Position numbers and translations under genes: made by a program
Notes under the pieces: model-generated
Database searches by the model: none
The model's input: the letters and a program-made list of their open reading frames with translations, nothing else
Told to the model about the DNA's origin: nothing
In this document: positions 27,950 through 38,566 of the stretch, piece after piece
Layout: every line of letters starts with the position of its first letter
Position numbering within the stretch: the first letter of the stretch is position 1
Origin: Bdellovibrionales bacterium
Lineage (GTDB): Bacteria > Bdellovibrionota > Bdellovibrionia > Bdellovibrionales > JAUICD01
Assembly (NCBI GenBank): GCA_965197425.1
Contig: CBDANC010000014.1
Span: forward strand, 235,088-299,087
Direction: 5' to 3'
Length of the DNA: 64,000 bases

Positions 27950-29836
27950 ATGGAAAAAAAAGATAAATGGACAACCCTAGACTCTAAATCCCTATACGGA
28001 ATAGATGCGTGGGGTACCGGGTATTTTGATATCAATGAGAGTGGCAACTTGACAATTACCCCTAAAAAGCTAGCCCATGTTGATATGAAAAAGCTAGTAG
28101 ATGAGTTAAAAGAAAGAGGTATCCGCATCCCAATTTTACTTAGAATAATGAATATTGTAGAAGACAGAATTAATTTAATAAACTCCTGTTTTAAAAGAGC
28201 AATAAATAGCTATGGATACGAGAACAAATACCGTGGCGTCTATCCTATAAAAGTAAATCAACAAAAGCATCTAATAGAAAAAATTTTAGACATAGGCCAT
28301 AACTACGATATGGGGCTTGAATGTGGAAGCAAACCAGAACTACTAGTAGCACTAGCTATGATGAGCAAAAAACAATCTTTGTTAGTATGCAATGGATTTA
28401 AAGATTATGAATACATAGAAACAGCAATTCTCTCTACAAAGCTTGGATTTGAAACAATAATTGTAGTAGAGAGAATTTCTGAGCTAGATTTGGTCATTGA
28501 AATAGCTGAAAATTTAAAGATCAAACCTTTGATAGGAGTAAGGGTAAGGCTGGAATCTCCAAGCGCTGGAAAATGGCAACAAACCACAGGAGTGGGATCA
28601 AAATTTGGATTAGATGCTACTGGATTGGTGGAATGTGTATCCAAATTAAAGGATCACAATTTATTATCTCAGTTTAACCTACTACATTTTCATATAGGCT
28701 CACAGATACCATCTATTTATGCGATTAAAGCTGCACTTAAAGAAGGTGCTAGATTTTACACTGAGCTATCTAAGATGGGAGCCAGTTTGAAATACTTGGA
28801 TGTAGGGGGAGGGCTTGGTGTTGACTACGATGGCACCGGTACCTCAGACTCTTCTGCTAATTATAGAGAGCAAGAGTATGCAAACGATGTTATATCTATT
28901 ATTCAAAGTGAATGTGACGAAAGAAATGTTCCACATCCTGTGATCATTTCAGAATCTGGTAGATCACTCACAGCTCATCATTCGGTTTTGGTATTTGATA
29001 TATTAGGTGCATCTAAAAAACACCTCGCCCACGATATTACTATCGATTCAAAACACCCTCCTATAATACATGAATTAAAGGAAACTTTGGAACAGTTGTC
29101 TGAGAATAAAAATTTGTCTGAATTTTTTAATGACCTAAGACAGTATAGAACAGATGTCTCGCAGCTATTTACCTATGGGGTATTAAATCTAGAACACAAG
29201 TGTGTAGCAGAAGGTTTTATAAAATCTATTAGCATAAAATTAATGGAACTTGCTAAGAAAAAAAATCTGAAGAATATCATATCTTCAATAGAAAAAGATT
29301 TGGTCTCTGTATACTTTGCTAATTTTAGTGTGTTTCAGTCAGTACCAGATATTTGGGCTATAAAGCATGTATTTCCAGTTCTACCTATCCAGAGATTGGA
29401 TGAAGAACCAAACAACCAGACTATATTAGCAGATATCACTTGTGACTGTGATGGAAAAGTTGATTCATTTATACAAAATGGAGTTCACTCCCCTACATTA
29501 AAACTTCACGATTTAACAGATGACACATACTATGTTGGAATTTTTCTGATAGGTGCTTATCAAGAAATTTTAGGTGATCTCCATAACCTGTTCGGTAATA
29601 CAGATGCAGTATCAATATCAATAGATAACAGTGGTTATCATGTAGAAGAAGTGGAATCTGGGGATACAGTTGGAGAAATACTAAGCTATATTCAGTACAA
29701 CAGATCAGAATTAGTACAAAGAATGAGACAAGCAACAGAAAAAGGCATAAAGGAAAAATTAATTAGTGGTTCTGATGCAAAACTTTTAATGAGACATTAT
29801 GAAGATGGTCTGTCCGGTTACTCATATCTAGAATAA
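27950..29836 (+). CDS. speA: biosynthetic arginine decarboxylase
   Basis: YGIDAWGTGYFDINESGN, YPIKVNQQKH, HFHIGSQ, GGGLGVDYDG. ATG at 27950, in frame with the track start. Confidence 0.93.
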   Translation: MEKKDKWTTLDSKSLYGIDAWGTGYFDINESGNLTITPKKLAHVDMKKLVDELKERGIRIPILLRIMNIVEDRINLINSCFKRAINSYGYENKYRGVYPIKVNQQKHLIEKILDIGHNYDMGLECGSKPELLVALAMMSKKQSLLVCNGFKDYEYIETAILSTKLGFETIIVVERISELDLVIEIAENLKIKPLIGVRVRLESPSAGKWQQTTGVGSKFGLDATGLVECVSKLKDHNLLSQFNLLHFHIGSQIPSIYAIKAALKEGARFYTELSKMGASLKYLDVGGGLGVDYDGTGTSDSSANYREQEYANDVISIIQSECDERNVPHPVIISESGRSLTAHHSVLVFDILGASKKHLAHDITIDSKHPPIIHELKETLEQLSENKNLSEFFNDLRQYRTDVSQLFTYGVLNLEHKCVAEGFIKSISIKLMELAKKKNLKNIISSIEKDLVSVYFANFSVFQSVPDIWAIKHVFPVLPIQRLDEEPNNQTILADITCDCDGKVDSFIQNGVHSPTLKLHDLTDDTYYVGIFLIGAYQEILGDLHNLFGNTDAVSISIDNSGYHVEEVESGDTVGEILSYIQYNRSELVQRMRQATEKGIKEKLISGSDAKLLMRHYEDGLSGYSYLE

Positions 29837-29929
29837 TACCGAAAAATACACCATATTATACTAACAAAGTATTGCTAATACTTTGGCTGAAGTGATAGCA
29901 TTTTATAGAACTCAAATAGGATATAATAT

Positions 29930-31180
29930 ATGTCACTTGCCATTATTATAATAGCTCTATTATTTTTTGTAGGTCATGCTTTAAAATGGTTCTTTGCAGT
30001 AACAAAAGTACCTGATCTTCTAATCCTTTTAGGTATTGGTTTCGCAATAAAGATCTTCTTCAAAGATAACCTAGATGCCTTACAGGGAATTGGGCCAACA
30101 CTCTCTACTATGGCCTTGATTGTGGTTTTGTATGGTGGTGGTCTATCTTTGAGAGCAAAAGATTTGTTGACCTCAAGTCTTCCTGCACTGGGCTTATCTA
30201 TTGTGGGATTTTTTGCAACTTTCTCGTTTGCTTTCATAACAGCCATATTATGTGGCCAAGGAATTAACACTGCCCTACTACTTGGTGCTGCTATAGGCAG
30301 TACTTCCTCCGCTATAGTGATACCAATCGTAAAACAGCTTAGTATATCTAATAATACTAAGGTGATCTTGTCGTTAGAATCTGCCTTTACTGATGTTTTA
30401 GCGATCGTGATCTTTTTAGTTTTGTTGGACGGAGCAACTATGGAAGGTGGTTTTGATATAAACAAACTTATCATGGGAATTGGACCGAATACTCTATTAG
30501 CTACTGGTTTTGGTGTTGGATTAGGAATTGTTTGGTCGTTTATAAAATGTAAGTTTGATTTTATATCTGATATAAACTTTTCTGGAGAAGCTTGGGCAAT
30601 GCTATGTTACGGCTTTATGGAAGTTATGAATTATAATGGAGCTATTGGAGTTTTAGCACTAGGGTTTACTTTGGCAAACCTTGACCTTTCACCTAAATTT
30701 TTCCGAAAAATATTAAGCAGAAATCCTGTTAGTAAAATGGATATGCACCTTCTAGATGAGGTTACTTTTTTATTAAAGACAGCATTTTTTGTTTTTTTAG
30801 GAACTCAAGTGCAGTTTAATAATCTACTCTACATAATAATTGCACTCTTTCTGAGTGTGGGAATTTTTGTAATAAGATATTTTGCAGTAGGATTTATGAT
30901 GAACAAGGATAAATACTCCAGAATTGATGCCATGGTTATAACTGCCATGGGCCCTAGGGGGTTGGCATGTGCTGTGTTGGCAACCCTACCGCTTCAAAGA
31001 GGCCTGACCGAGTCAGGAGAGTGGCTTCAAAATATAATCTTTGGCCTAATCCCTATTACTATAGTTTTTACAGCTATTCTGGTAATTTTATCTGAAAGAG
31101 AAAGGTTCAGAAAAATGCTCGATAAATTCTTTATGAAATATAGCAATAACACTATGCCTGAAACACATCAAAACTACTAG
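29930..31180 (+). CDS. cation:proton antiporter (Na+/H+ exchanger family)
   Basis: 416 aa with about 11 predicted hydrophobic helices; LESAFTDVLAIVIF-type motif. Confidence 0.72.
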   Translation: MSLAIIIIALLFFVGHALKWFFAVTKVPDLLILLGIGFAIKIFFKDNLDALQGIGPTLSTMALIVVLYGGGLSLRAKDLLTSSLPALGLSIVGFFATFSFAFITAILCGQGINTALLLGAAIGSTSSAIVIPIVKQLSISNNTKVILSLESAFTDVLAIVIFLVLLDGATMEGGFDINKLIMGIGPNTLLATGFGVGLGIVWSFIKCKFDFISDINFSGEAWAMLCYGFMEVMNYNGAIGVLALGFTLANLDLSPKFFRKILSRNPVSKMDMHLLDEVTFLLKTAFFVFLGTQVQFNNLLYIIIALFLSVGIFVIRYFAVGFMMNKDKYSRIDAMVITAMGPRGLACAVLATLPLQRGLTESGEWLQNIIFGLIPITIVFTAILVILSERERFRKMLDKFFMKYSNNTMPETHQNY

Positions 31181-31269
31181 GCCACCTCTTTTGTACCTAA
31201 AGAGGCTTCCTTGATTACTTCAAAATTCTGTTGTAGGGTGACAAGAAGTTATATGCAAGAGGATAAGAT

Positions 31270-31464
31270 ATGACACCTAGTATTCCACAAATTTTAATAG
31301 TTTTAGCCATAATTCTCATTATCTTTGGCCCTAAGAAAATACCAGGAATCGGAAAAGCCCTAGGCCAAGCTATAAGAGGATTTAAAAAAGGCATAACTGG
31401 AGAAGCGGAAGAAAAAGAAGAAAAGGAAGAAAAGGAAGAAAAAGAAGAAGACAATAAAAACTAA
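31270..31464 (+). CDS. tatA: twin-arginine translocase subunit TatA/E
   Basis: IPQILIVLAIILIIFGPKKIPGIGKALGQAIRGFKKG, with an acidic EEKEEK tail. Confidence 0.9.
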   Translation: MTPSIPQILIVLAIILIIFGPKKIPGIGKALGQAIRGFKKGITGEAEEKEEKEEKEEKEEDNKN

Positions 31465-32315
31465 TTGCCTATATTAAAGTTAAATGGCTCGCCCCAATCT
31501 CCCGCTGGACTGCCGATACTCTCTCCATCAATTGATATAGATGTAATCCCTGCATTGTTTGTTACAAGTTCTATATTACTTCCTGTTATCGAAACCCTTT
31601 CACCTGTCTGTAAAGTTCTATTTACAGACTCAGCTCCATTTACAGAATAACTAATCTCCAGACCATCCAGAGCAACTATCTCAACAGTTCTTTCTATATT
31701 AGCTATAGCAGTTGTTGTAGTTGGCATAGTTGTGGTGGTTGTAGTTATTGTGGTAGTTGTAGTTGGTATAGTTGTATCGGAAACATCGATAGAAATACCT
31801 TCGTCTTCATTTAAAGTGTCGTCATCAATATCATCTGTACCTAAAACACTTGTAATAGTAGGAGAAATGGCAGGAGCGCTGGCCTCCTTACTATATTTAT
31901 CAAACATTTGTTTTAAAAATATAAAGACCAAAACCAATACCAAAGTAGCAACAACAATTAAAACTTTTAAAGTGGTACTGTTTAATTTGTATTTTAAAAT
32001 ATTTTTATAGATCATCTTAAAAATACTTAGGCTGTTGCCTTTTGTTGGAGATTCTATGTTTTTCTTAGGCTCATGTTTTGAAGATCCCATCTCTGAATCA
32101 AACCTACTTAGTATTTTTTTTGAATCTAAATTTAAGCATCTGGCATAAGCACGTACAAAACCTCTAAGATAGGGTTTAGGCGGAAGTTTGGCTAAGTCAC
32201 ATTCCTCTATAGCCTTTAGAGTTGACGAACTTATTTTAGTTATACTAGCTATTTCAGAAAGAGAAATTTTCTGTTTTTCTCTTTCCTTTTTTAGTAAATC
32301 AATTGTCTTTTTCAT
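31461..32315 (-). CDS. rodZ: RodZ-like cytoskeleton protein (HTH + TM + Thr-rich linker + C-terminal beta domain)
   Basis: ISLSEIASITKISSSTLKAIE, LPPKPYLRGFVRAYARCL, one TM, and the linker TTTTTITTTTTTMPTTTT. Synteny with the pilF-like gene and ndk. Confidence 0.75.
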   Translation of the reverse strand: MKKTIDLLKKEREKQKISLSEIASITKISSSTLKAIEECDLAKLPPKPYLRGFVRAYARCLNLDSKKILSRFDSEMGSSKHEPKKNIESPTKGNSLSIFKMIYKNILKYKLNSTTLKVLIVVATLVLVLVFIFLKQMFDKYSKEASAPAISPTITSVLGTDDIDDDTLNEDEGISIDVSDTTIPTTTTTITTTTTTMPTTTTAIANIERTVEIVALDGLEISYSVNGAESVNRTLQTGERVSITGSNIELVTNNAGITSISIDGESIGSPAGDWGEPFNFNIGN

Positions 32316-32322
32316 AAAGCGC

Positions 32323-33090
32323 CTAAAAAGTTTTAGTTTTGTTCTTTTTCTTATTAGATTTTGATTTCATCCGATTTAGAATTTTTGCACTAGCTTTCCT
32401 GTGTTTGCTATTAGGGTAGTTTTTAATTAGGTTTCTTAAAAATCTTCTGGATGCTCTATTGTTGCCAGACTTATAATAGCTTAAACCTCCATAGTACAAA
32501 GCATCATCAAATACACTACACATGCTAATGTACAAATCAATGGAACGAGAGGTTTCTTTAAAGTTTTTAATATTATATTGTGCAATGGCATAGTTATACC
32601 AAGCAGGACAGTACTTATTATTTAGCTCTATTGCCTTTCTAAATTCTAATATTGCCTTATCCAGTTTTCCTTGCCTATAGTGCATGAGACCTAGATAATC
32701 ATGTGCCTGCTCAGGTAAACGAAATTTCAGATCATCCACGACCTCTTTCAGTAACGAATGAGCTAGCTTATATTTTTTCACCTCTATGTAAGTTCTAGCA
32801 AGGTTACTTTTAGCAGCTGAATAATCAGGATTTAACTTGATAGCTTTCTTCAAAAAGACTATGGACTGACGGTATCTTTTCCTGTGGTAACAAACAACTC
32901 CCAGGTTGTTGTATATTTCTGGGTTATCAGGGTCTAGAGTTTTGGCGTTTTGAAGTTCCCTATAAGCTTCTGGATAGTTTCTTACTTGTAGAAAACCAAT
33001 TCCTATTTGTGTATGAATTTCTGATAAATTTTTTGTGCTAACAGTACTACAACCTGTTAGCATAAAAAATAAAATCAGCTTTTTCACCAT
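32323..33090 (-). CDS. TPR lipoprotein, PilF/PilW-like
   Basis: MVKKLILFFMLTGCS lipobox (start at 33090 preferred), then multiple TPR units (AYRELQNAKTLDPDNPEIYNNLGVVCY ...). Confidence 0.6.
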   Translation of the reverse strand: MVKKLILFFMLTGCSTVSTKNLSEIHTQIGIGFLQVRNYPEAYRELQNAKTLDPDNPEIYNNLGVVCYHRKRYRQSIVFLKKAIKLNPDYSAAKSNLARTYIEVKKYKLAHSLLKEVVDDLKFRLPEQAHDYLGLMHYRQGKLDKAILEFRKAIELNNKYCPAWYNYAIAQYNIKNFKETSRSIDLYISMCSVFDDALYYGGLSYYKSGNNRASRRFLRNLIKNYPNSKHRKASAKILNRMKSKSNKKKNKTKTF

Positions 33091-33109
33091 AATACCTCTA
33101 GAAATAAAA

Positions 33110-33511
33110 TCAATTAAAGAAAAAATCAATCTCCCTTTTTGCACTTGTCAAGCTATCGCTTCCATGAACGGCGTTTTTACCAATACTTTCCCCAAATAGT
33201 TTTCTTATAGTGCCGTTAGCTGCTTTACCTGGATCTGTATCTCCCATAATATCTCTATTTTTCTTCACAGCATTTTCCCCCCTCAAAACCATAAGCATTA
33301 CTGGAGCTAAGGTAACAAATTCTACCAATTCTCCGTAAAATGGCCTTGCTTTATGCTCTTCATAGAAAGTTTCACAAGTTTTTTTGTCCAGATGTTCCAT
33401 CCTAGCAGCCACAACTCTTAAGCCATTTTCTTCAAATTTATTTATAATAGCACCAATATTATTCATGGCATTTGGCTTAATCATACTAAATGTTTCTTCC
33501 ACTTCTTGCAT
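33110..33511 (-). CDS. ndk: nucleoside-diphosphate kinase
   Basis: ETFSMIKPNA, NAVHGSDS. Confidence 0.95.
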   Translation of the reverse strand: MQEVEETFSMIKPNAMNNIGAIINKFEENGLRVVAARMEHLDKKTCETFYEEHKARPFYGELVEFVTLAPVMLMVLRGENAVKKNRDIMGDTDPGKAANGTIRKLFGESIGKNAVHGSDSLTSAKREIDFFFN

Positions 33512-33550
33512 CTCCTGTTTACCACTCTCATTTTCTACTCTTATACTAAA

Positions 33551-34417
33551 CTAAATCACATCCTTTAGAGTTTGGCCAAGTAAAGCAGGGCTTTTTGCAA
33601 TATGGCAACCCGCACTTTTTAATGCTTCGAATTTATCTTGGGCAAGTCCCTTTCCACCACTTACAATAGCACCAGCATGACCCATTGTCTTACCAGCTGG
33701 AGCAGATATACCAGCTATAAATGCCACGACTGGTTTTTTTACTTCCGATTTTATAAAACTAGCAGCTTCTTCTTCAGCACTCCCTCCAATTTCACCTATC
33801 ATAATAATTGCTTCAGTACCCTTGTCAGCATTAAACATCTCTAGTACATCAATAAAATTGGTGCCATTTATTGGATCTCCACCAATTCCAACACAAGTTG
33901 ACTGACCCATTCCAACATTAGAAACCTGCCATACAGCTTCATATGTCAGAGTACCAGATCTTGATAAAATACCAATCTTACCAGGAGAATGAATTGCTCC
34001 AGGCATTATGCCAATTTTGCACTCACCAGGAGTAATTACACCGGGACAATTTGGGCCTACTAATCTAGTATTTTTTCCCTTTAAAAAATTCTTAACCCTG
34101 GCCATGTCCATAACAGGAATACCCTCTGTTATACAAACCACAAGTTCAATCCCAGCATCACAAGCTTCCATAATTGCATCTGCAGCAAAAGGAGGTGGTA
34201 CATAGATCATACTGGCAGTTGCTTTGGTTTTTTTCACCGCTTCATAAACCGTATTAAATACTGGAAGCCCTAAATGAGTAGTTCCTCCCTTTTTAGGAGT
34301 GACACCACCTACTAATTTTGTACCATAATCTAAAGCACCTTTTGAATGGAAAGTTCCATGATTACCAGTAAATCCCTGACAAATAACCTTTGTATTTTTA
34401 TCAACTAATATAGACAC
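33551..34417 (-). CDS. sucD: succinate--CoA ligase subunit alpha
   Basis: [31 protein letters not shown]. Confidence 0.97.
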   Translation of the reverse strand: MSILVDKNTKVICQGFTGNHGTFHSKGALDYGTKLVGGVTPKKGGTTHLGLPVFNTVYEAVKKTKATASMIYVPPPFAADAIMEACDAGIELVVCITEGIPVMDMARVKNFLKGKNTRLVGPNCPGVITPGECKIGIMPGAIHSPGKIGILSRSGTLTYEAVWQVSNVGMGQSTCVGIGGDPINGTNFIDVLEMFNADKGTEAIIMIGEIGGSAEEEAASFIKSEVKKPVVAFIAGISAPAGKTMGHAGAIVSGGKGLAQDKFEALKSAGCHIAKSPALLGQTLKDVI

Positions 34418-35583
34418 TATTTTTCTCCCAAAGCCTTTACAACCCTCAAAGCTGCGTCTTCTAAATCTGTAGCTGCTATTATCTTCAAACCACTTTCATT
34501 TAATAATTTTTTCCCCTCTTCGACATTGTTACCCTCAAGCCTTACAACAAGTGGGACGGTTAACTTCAAAGCCTTGCTCGCAGCAATAATTCCGTTGGCA
34601 ATGATGTCACATTTCATAATGCCACCAAAGATATTTACCAAAATTGCTTTTACATTTTTGTCCTGCAAAATTAACTTAAAGCCTTGTTCAACTTTTTTGC
34701 TGTCAGCACCACCACCTACATCTAAAAAATTAGCAGGATTACCTCCATGAAGTTTTATAATATCCATAGTACCCATAGCCAGACCTGCACCATTCACAAG
34801 ACACCCAATGTTTCCATCCAACTTAATGAAAGCTAAGCCATGTTTGCTTGCCTCTAACTCTGTGGGATCCTCTTCAGTCACATCTCTTAATTCAGAAATA
34901 TCCTTGTGCCTGTACAGAGCATTGGAATCAAAGCTCATCTTGGCATCCAATGCTATAATTTTGTTAGAAGAATTTAAAACTAGAGGATTTATCTCTAAAA
35001 GTGAGCAGTCTTTTTGGACAAAAAGATCATACAAACTCATAAAACACTTAGCAGCCTCGTTTATTGCAACATTTGGAATACCTATAAGAAAAGCTACTTT
35101 TCTGGCTTGAAAAGGGCAGATTCCAACATTTATATCTATGTCTATTGTATGGATCAAATCAGGAGTATTACTGGATACATCCTCTATATCCATCCCTCCT
35201 TCAGAAGAAGCGATCAGACTAATACCATCATTTTCTCTGTTTATTACAAATCCTATATAAAATTCTTTTTTAATATCGCAACCCAATTCTATAAGAACAT
35301 GGTTTACCTTTTTCCCTTCTTTAGAGGTTTGATGTGTTACCAAATTCATGCCCAATATTTCTTTTGATACATCATAGACTTCTTGAAGTGACTTAGCGAT
35401 TTTTACTCCACCACCTTTTCCTCTGCCACCTGCATGAATTTGAGCTTTTACAACCCACACATCACCTCCGATTTCCTCCGCTATTTTTTTTGACTCATCA
35501 GGCGAGTTTGAGACTTTTCCAGACAATGTAGGTATACCAAATTGCTTTAATAGTCCCTTTGCTTGATATTCATGTATATTCAT
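34417..35583 (-). CDS. sucC: succinate--CoA ligase subunit beta
   Basis: [45 protein letters not shown]. Confidence 0.97.
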   Translation of the reverse strand: MNIHEYQAKGLLKQFGIPTLSGKVSNSPDESKKIAEEIGGDVWVVKAQIHAGGRGKGGGVKIAKSLQEVYDVSKEILGMNLVTHQTSKEGKKVNHVLIELGCDIKKEFYIGFVINRENDGISLIASSEGGMDIEDVSSNTPDLIHTIDIDINVGICPFQARKVAFLIGIPNVAINEAAKCFMSLYDLFVQKDCSLLEINPLVLNSSNKIIALDAKMSFDSNALYRHKDISELRDVTEEDPTELEASKHGLAFIKLDGNIGCLVNGAGLAMGTMDIIKLHGGNPANFLDVGGGADSKKVEQGFKLILQDKNVKAILVNIFGGIMKCDIIANGIIAASKALKLTVPLVVRLEGNNVEEGKKLLNESGLKIIAATDLEDAALRVVKALGEK

Positions 35584-35599
35584 AATTAATCCTGTAATT

Positions 35600-36538
35600 T
35601 TAGTTTAGTTTTGAAATTAAATCTTTAACCGTATCGATCGATCGGTTTAGATTTTCAAGCTCTTCTTTGTTTAGGTCGATTTCTACTACCTCTTCGAGCC
35701 CATTTTTGCCCAGCTTACACAAGACACCTAAAAAAATTCCATTAACTCCATATTCACCCTCTAGATAAGCAGCACATGGTAAAATTCGTTTTTGATCTTT
35801 TAAGATAGCTTCTGCCATTTGAACTGCACTAGCAGAAGGGGCATAGTAGGCAGATCCAGTTTTTAATAAACCAACAATCTCAGCCCCACCTTTTCTGGTC
35901 CTCTCTACCAACGAATCAACTGTTTTGCTATCTAAATACTCTAAAAGAGGTACACCTCCTATCGAACAGTGTCTAGGCATAGGAACCATTGTATCTCCAT
36001 GCCCTCCCAACACAAATGCCTGTACATCCTTTACAGATACATTGGCTTCCATAGATATGAAACTTCTAAACCTTGCACTATCTAAAACACCAGCCATTCC
36101 TATTATTCTGTTTCTAGTAAAACCCAACTCTTGCTTAGCAACATAGGCCATTGCATCCAACGGATTGGAAACAACTATCACCATACAATCAGGACTATAT
36201 TCTTTAATACCCTTACAAACATCCTTCATTATTTGAGCATTTTTCTTTAATAGATCATCTCTTGTCATACCAGGTTTTCTTGCAAGGCCTGCAGTAATGA
36301 TCACAACATTAGATCCTTCAGTATCTTTGTAATCTTTAGTCCCTTCTACCACCGCATCAAAACCACAAACTGGAGATGATTCAAATAAATCCAAGGCTTT
36401 GCCCTTAGCAGAACCCTCATCTATATCCAATAAAACTATGTCCCCTAACTCTTTTTGACTGGCCCAATGAGCGCAAGTCGAGCCAACAAAACCACTTCCA
36501 ACTATGGTTATCTTCTTTCTAGTGTTGTCAAAACCCAA
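35600..36538 (-). CDS. mdh: malate dehydrogenase (LDH-like family)
   Basis: [35 protein letters not shown]. Apparent TTG start. Confidence 0.93.
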   Translation of the reverse strand: MGFDNTRKKITIVGSGFVGSTCAHWASQKELGDIVLLDIDEGSAKGKALDLFESSPVCGFDAVVEGTKDYKDTEGSNVVIITAGLARKPGMTRDDLLKKNAQIMKDVCKGIKEYSPDCMVIVVSNPLDAMAYVAKQELGFTRNRIIGMAGVLDSARFRSFISMEANVSVKDVQAFVLGGHGDTMVPMPRHCSIGGVPLLEYLDSKTVDSLVERTRKGGAEIVGLLKTGSAYYAPSASAVQMAEAILKDQKRILPCAAYLEGEYGVNGIFLGVLCKLGKNGLEEVVEIDLNKEELENLNRSIDTVKDLISKLN

Positions 36539-36850
36539 ATTTTAACCCCAAATTGTTCCTAAAAAGCTATTTCAAAAAGGCATATTAGTAAAGACATTGT
36601 CCATGCCACCTGCTGTCATTAAGTTTAATTGTTTCAATAAAAAGAATAGGTTATCTAAGCAGAGCACGGTCTAACATCATCGAAAGATGATCACCAAACA
36701 TAGCAAAAATGATCTCTTAACTGTATATTTTATTCTGTAGAGTTTACTGAAACTGGTATTTTTTATTATTAAAAATTTTAATACCTTCTATACATCAAGA
36801 TTATAAGTTTTTTAACAGATCTGTTGCACAAAAACGTCATGCTTCGAATA

Positions 36851-36885
36851 AAAGAGGCAAGCCTTTCAAAGCTTGCCTCTTTTTT
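36851..36885 (-). terminator. rho-independent terminator (perfect 12-bp stem, T-runs on both strands)
   Basis: AAAGAGGCAAGC (36851-36862), loop CTTTCAAA, GCTTGCCTCTTT (36871-36882). Lies 18 nt past the stop of the H1-like gene. Confidence 0.8.
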
Positions 36886-36902
36886 AGAAAACTACTTTAA
36901 AC

Positions 36903-37262
36903 TTACTTCTTCTTTCTTCTTACTTTTCTTTTTGTAGCCTTTCTTTTTGTAGTTCTTCTCTTTGTAGCTTTTCTCTTCGTGACTTTCCTCTTTGTAGCTT
37001 TCCTCTTCGTGGCTTTCCGTTTTGTAGCCTTTTTCTTCGTCTTTCTCTTAGCTACTTTTCTTTTGGCTGTTTTTCTTTTTGTAGCCTTTCTTTTTGTAGT
37101 TCTTCTCTTTGTAGCCTTTCTTTTTGTAGTTCTTCTCTTTGTAGCTTTTCTCTTTGTTGTTTTTCTTTTAGCTACTTTTCTTCTTGTAACTTTTTTCTTC
37201 GTCTTTCTCTTCGTGGCTTTCCTTGCCGTAGCTTTCTTCTTCGTTTTTCTTCTTACTGCCAT
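36903..37262 (-). CDS. lysine/arginine-repeat histone-H1/Hc-like DNA-binding protein
   Basis: 119 aa made almost only of K/R/T/A/V (KRKATKRKTTKRKATKRR...). GGAGGG SD upstream. Contains three exact copies of a 30-nt unit. Confidence 0.8.
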   Translation of the reverse strand: MAVRRKTKKKATARKATKRKTKKKVTRRKVAKRKTTKRKATKRRTTKRKATKRRTTKRKATKRKTAKRKVAKRKTKKKATKRKATKRKATKRKVTKRKATKRRTTKRKATKRKVRRKKK

Positions 37263-37414
37263 AGTTATCCCTCCTGGTAGGCTTTTACGGTGTAATTGAA
37301 CTTCGTACTCTCATATTTAAGAATACCTGTATGCAATTGATCGTCAACTAAAAGTTGTGTTTTTTTCTAATTTTTTTTATATTTTCTAGATCGAGAATAA
37401 GTTTTTGGAGTTTT

Positions 37415-38216
37415 ATGACATTCTTGGAAGCAATATTTGTGTTTTTTGGTATGGTAACTATCGTTCGTAATGTTTATGTCCTATTGTTAACTCACTACAA
37501 ATACCATAATAATGTAAAGTATTTTGCATTGTCGGTACTATTTTTGATTTTATCGGTATTATTTGCTCTAGAAAAAGGCTTTGTCCTGTTTTCTATACTT
37601 GTTGCTTTTTCTTTTATACTTCCACCATTGTCTAGGTATTTATCAGAAAATAAAACCAAAACAATGTTTGTGAATTGTTTGGATATCATTATTTTGAAAA
37701 TGAAATCTGGACAATCTTTCTTCCAATGCCTTCAAAGAAGCATGCTCCAATAGCGATCCATTTATAAAGCAAAAACTTTTGAATATATGGAATATCTTAG
37801 GAATATTGGGACTATAGTAAGAGTTTGAATTTAAAAGGTTTTGATAAAGAGGTGGTATTTGAGGTTTCGTAGTATTATGAACTCATCCTCACATTATTTA
37901 AACCAACTATCTGGATTTCGAGATGAACTTAGGCTCAGAATAAGATTTCAGAATAAAACTAACAAAATGTCCCTTCAAACTCGCATGCAAAGTGTTGTTT
38001 TGATTCATTATATATATAGTAATTTCAATTATAGTTTCCAATGCATATGGTTTTGATGTGGTTAAACCCTGGTTAGTTGTATCCTTACCTCTAATGTCAG
38101 TAGGTATTTATTGGTTGGTTTCTATACCTAGGAGGTTTAAATTGGAAAATTTAGCTCCACCAATGAGTTGTATTATTGTGTATCGAAAAAGCGTTTTTTG
38201 GAGGGTAAAACCCTAA
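37415..38216 (+). pseudogene. degenerate TadB-like (T2SS-F domain) inner-membrane platform gene
   Basis: One frame reads LDIIILKMKSGQSFFQCLQRSMLQ*(TAG 37751)RSIYKAKTFEYMEYLRNIGTIVRV*(TGA 37826)I*(TAA 37832)...NQLSGFRDELRLRIRFQNKTNKMSLQTRMQSVVL. The hydrophobic C-terminus FIIYIVISIIVSNAYGFDVVKPWLVVSLPLMSVGIYWLV then continues in another frame from 38004. Confidence 0.55.
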
Positions 38217-38566
38217 AAACTGGGCTCAGGGAATATATCGAGCATTCAGATGACAGTTTTAAAGATGAAATTCAAGAGTTATTAAAGAACTTTATGATAG
38301 GTGAGAAAGCCCACAATCATAGGTCAAAGAGTATATATAGAACTGCTGTTAAAGAATTAATTTGGTCTGGTTTGAATGGAAACAGCATTGGAAAAGAACT
38401 TAGTGCATTAAAAGAAGAAACAGAATTAGCCTGTAAAGTAGAGTTGGATTCATTTATTGAATCCATACCTTTTAGATCTATGATTCCCCTATTACTCTTT
38501 CAATTCCCTTCGTTTTTACTTATTTTGATGGGCCCACTTATCACCAAAATATCGGAGTCATTATGA
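38168..38566 (+). CDS. short T2SS-F-domain protein (TadC-like C-terminal module only)
   Basis: ELSALKEETELACKVELDSFIESIPFRSMIPLLLFQFPSFLLILMGPLI matches the conserved end of TadB/TadC/GspF domains. It lacks the usual N-terminal TM region. Confidence 0.5.
   Translation: MYYCVSKKRFLEGKTLKTGLREYIEHSDDSFKDEIQELLKNFMIGEKAHNHRSKSIYRTAVKELIWSGLNGNSIGKELSALKEETELACKVELDSFIESIPFRSMIPLLLFQFPSFLLILMGPLITKISESL

Noticed and set aside
27766-27966. Track ORFs in leaders and spacers: 27766..27966, 25482..25778, 25633..25818, 54701..54886, 5163..5366 and 40996..41247
   Set aside because: They overlap regulatory hairpins, tandem repeats, a tRNA gene or the real start of neighbouring genes. They have no SD or recognisable domain. 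40996..41247 runs straight through tRNA-Phe.
29840-29905. Inverted repeat AAAGTATT-GCT-AATACTTT after speA as a terminator
   Set aside because: The stem is AT-only and is not followed by a T-run, so support is too weak for a terminator call.
36979-37299. The 106-aa Phe/Leu-rich ORF, and similar track ORFs 31215..31454, 29974..30474, 12078..12485, 8515..8856, 34808..35367, 31732..32010 and 62801..63343
   Set aside because: These are antisense shadows of strongly supported genes (the H1-like gene, tatA, the antiporter, clpX, ankyrin genes, sucC, rodZ). Their low-complexity translations mirror the sense-strand repeats. They have no independent RBS or motif.
37751-37834. Alternative genetic code or stop-codon recoding, suggested by in-frame TAG, TGA and TAA here and TAA at 52223-52225
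   Set aside because: All three stop codons terminate well-conserved housekeeping genes at the expected lengths elsewhere in the window. Three different stops cluster within 85 nt alongside a frameshift. Pseudogenisation is the simpler reading.
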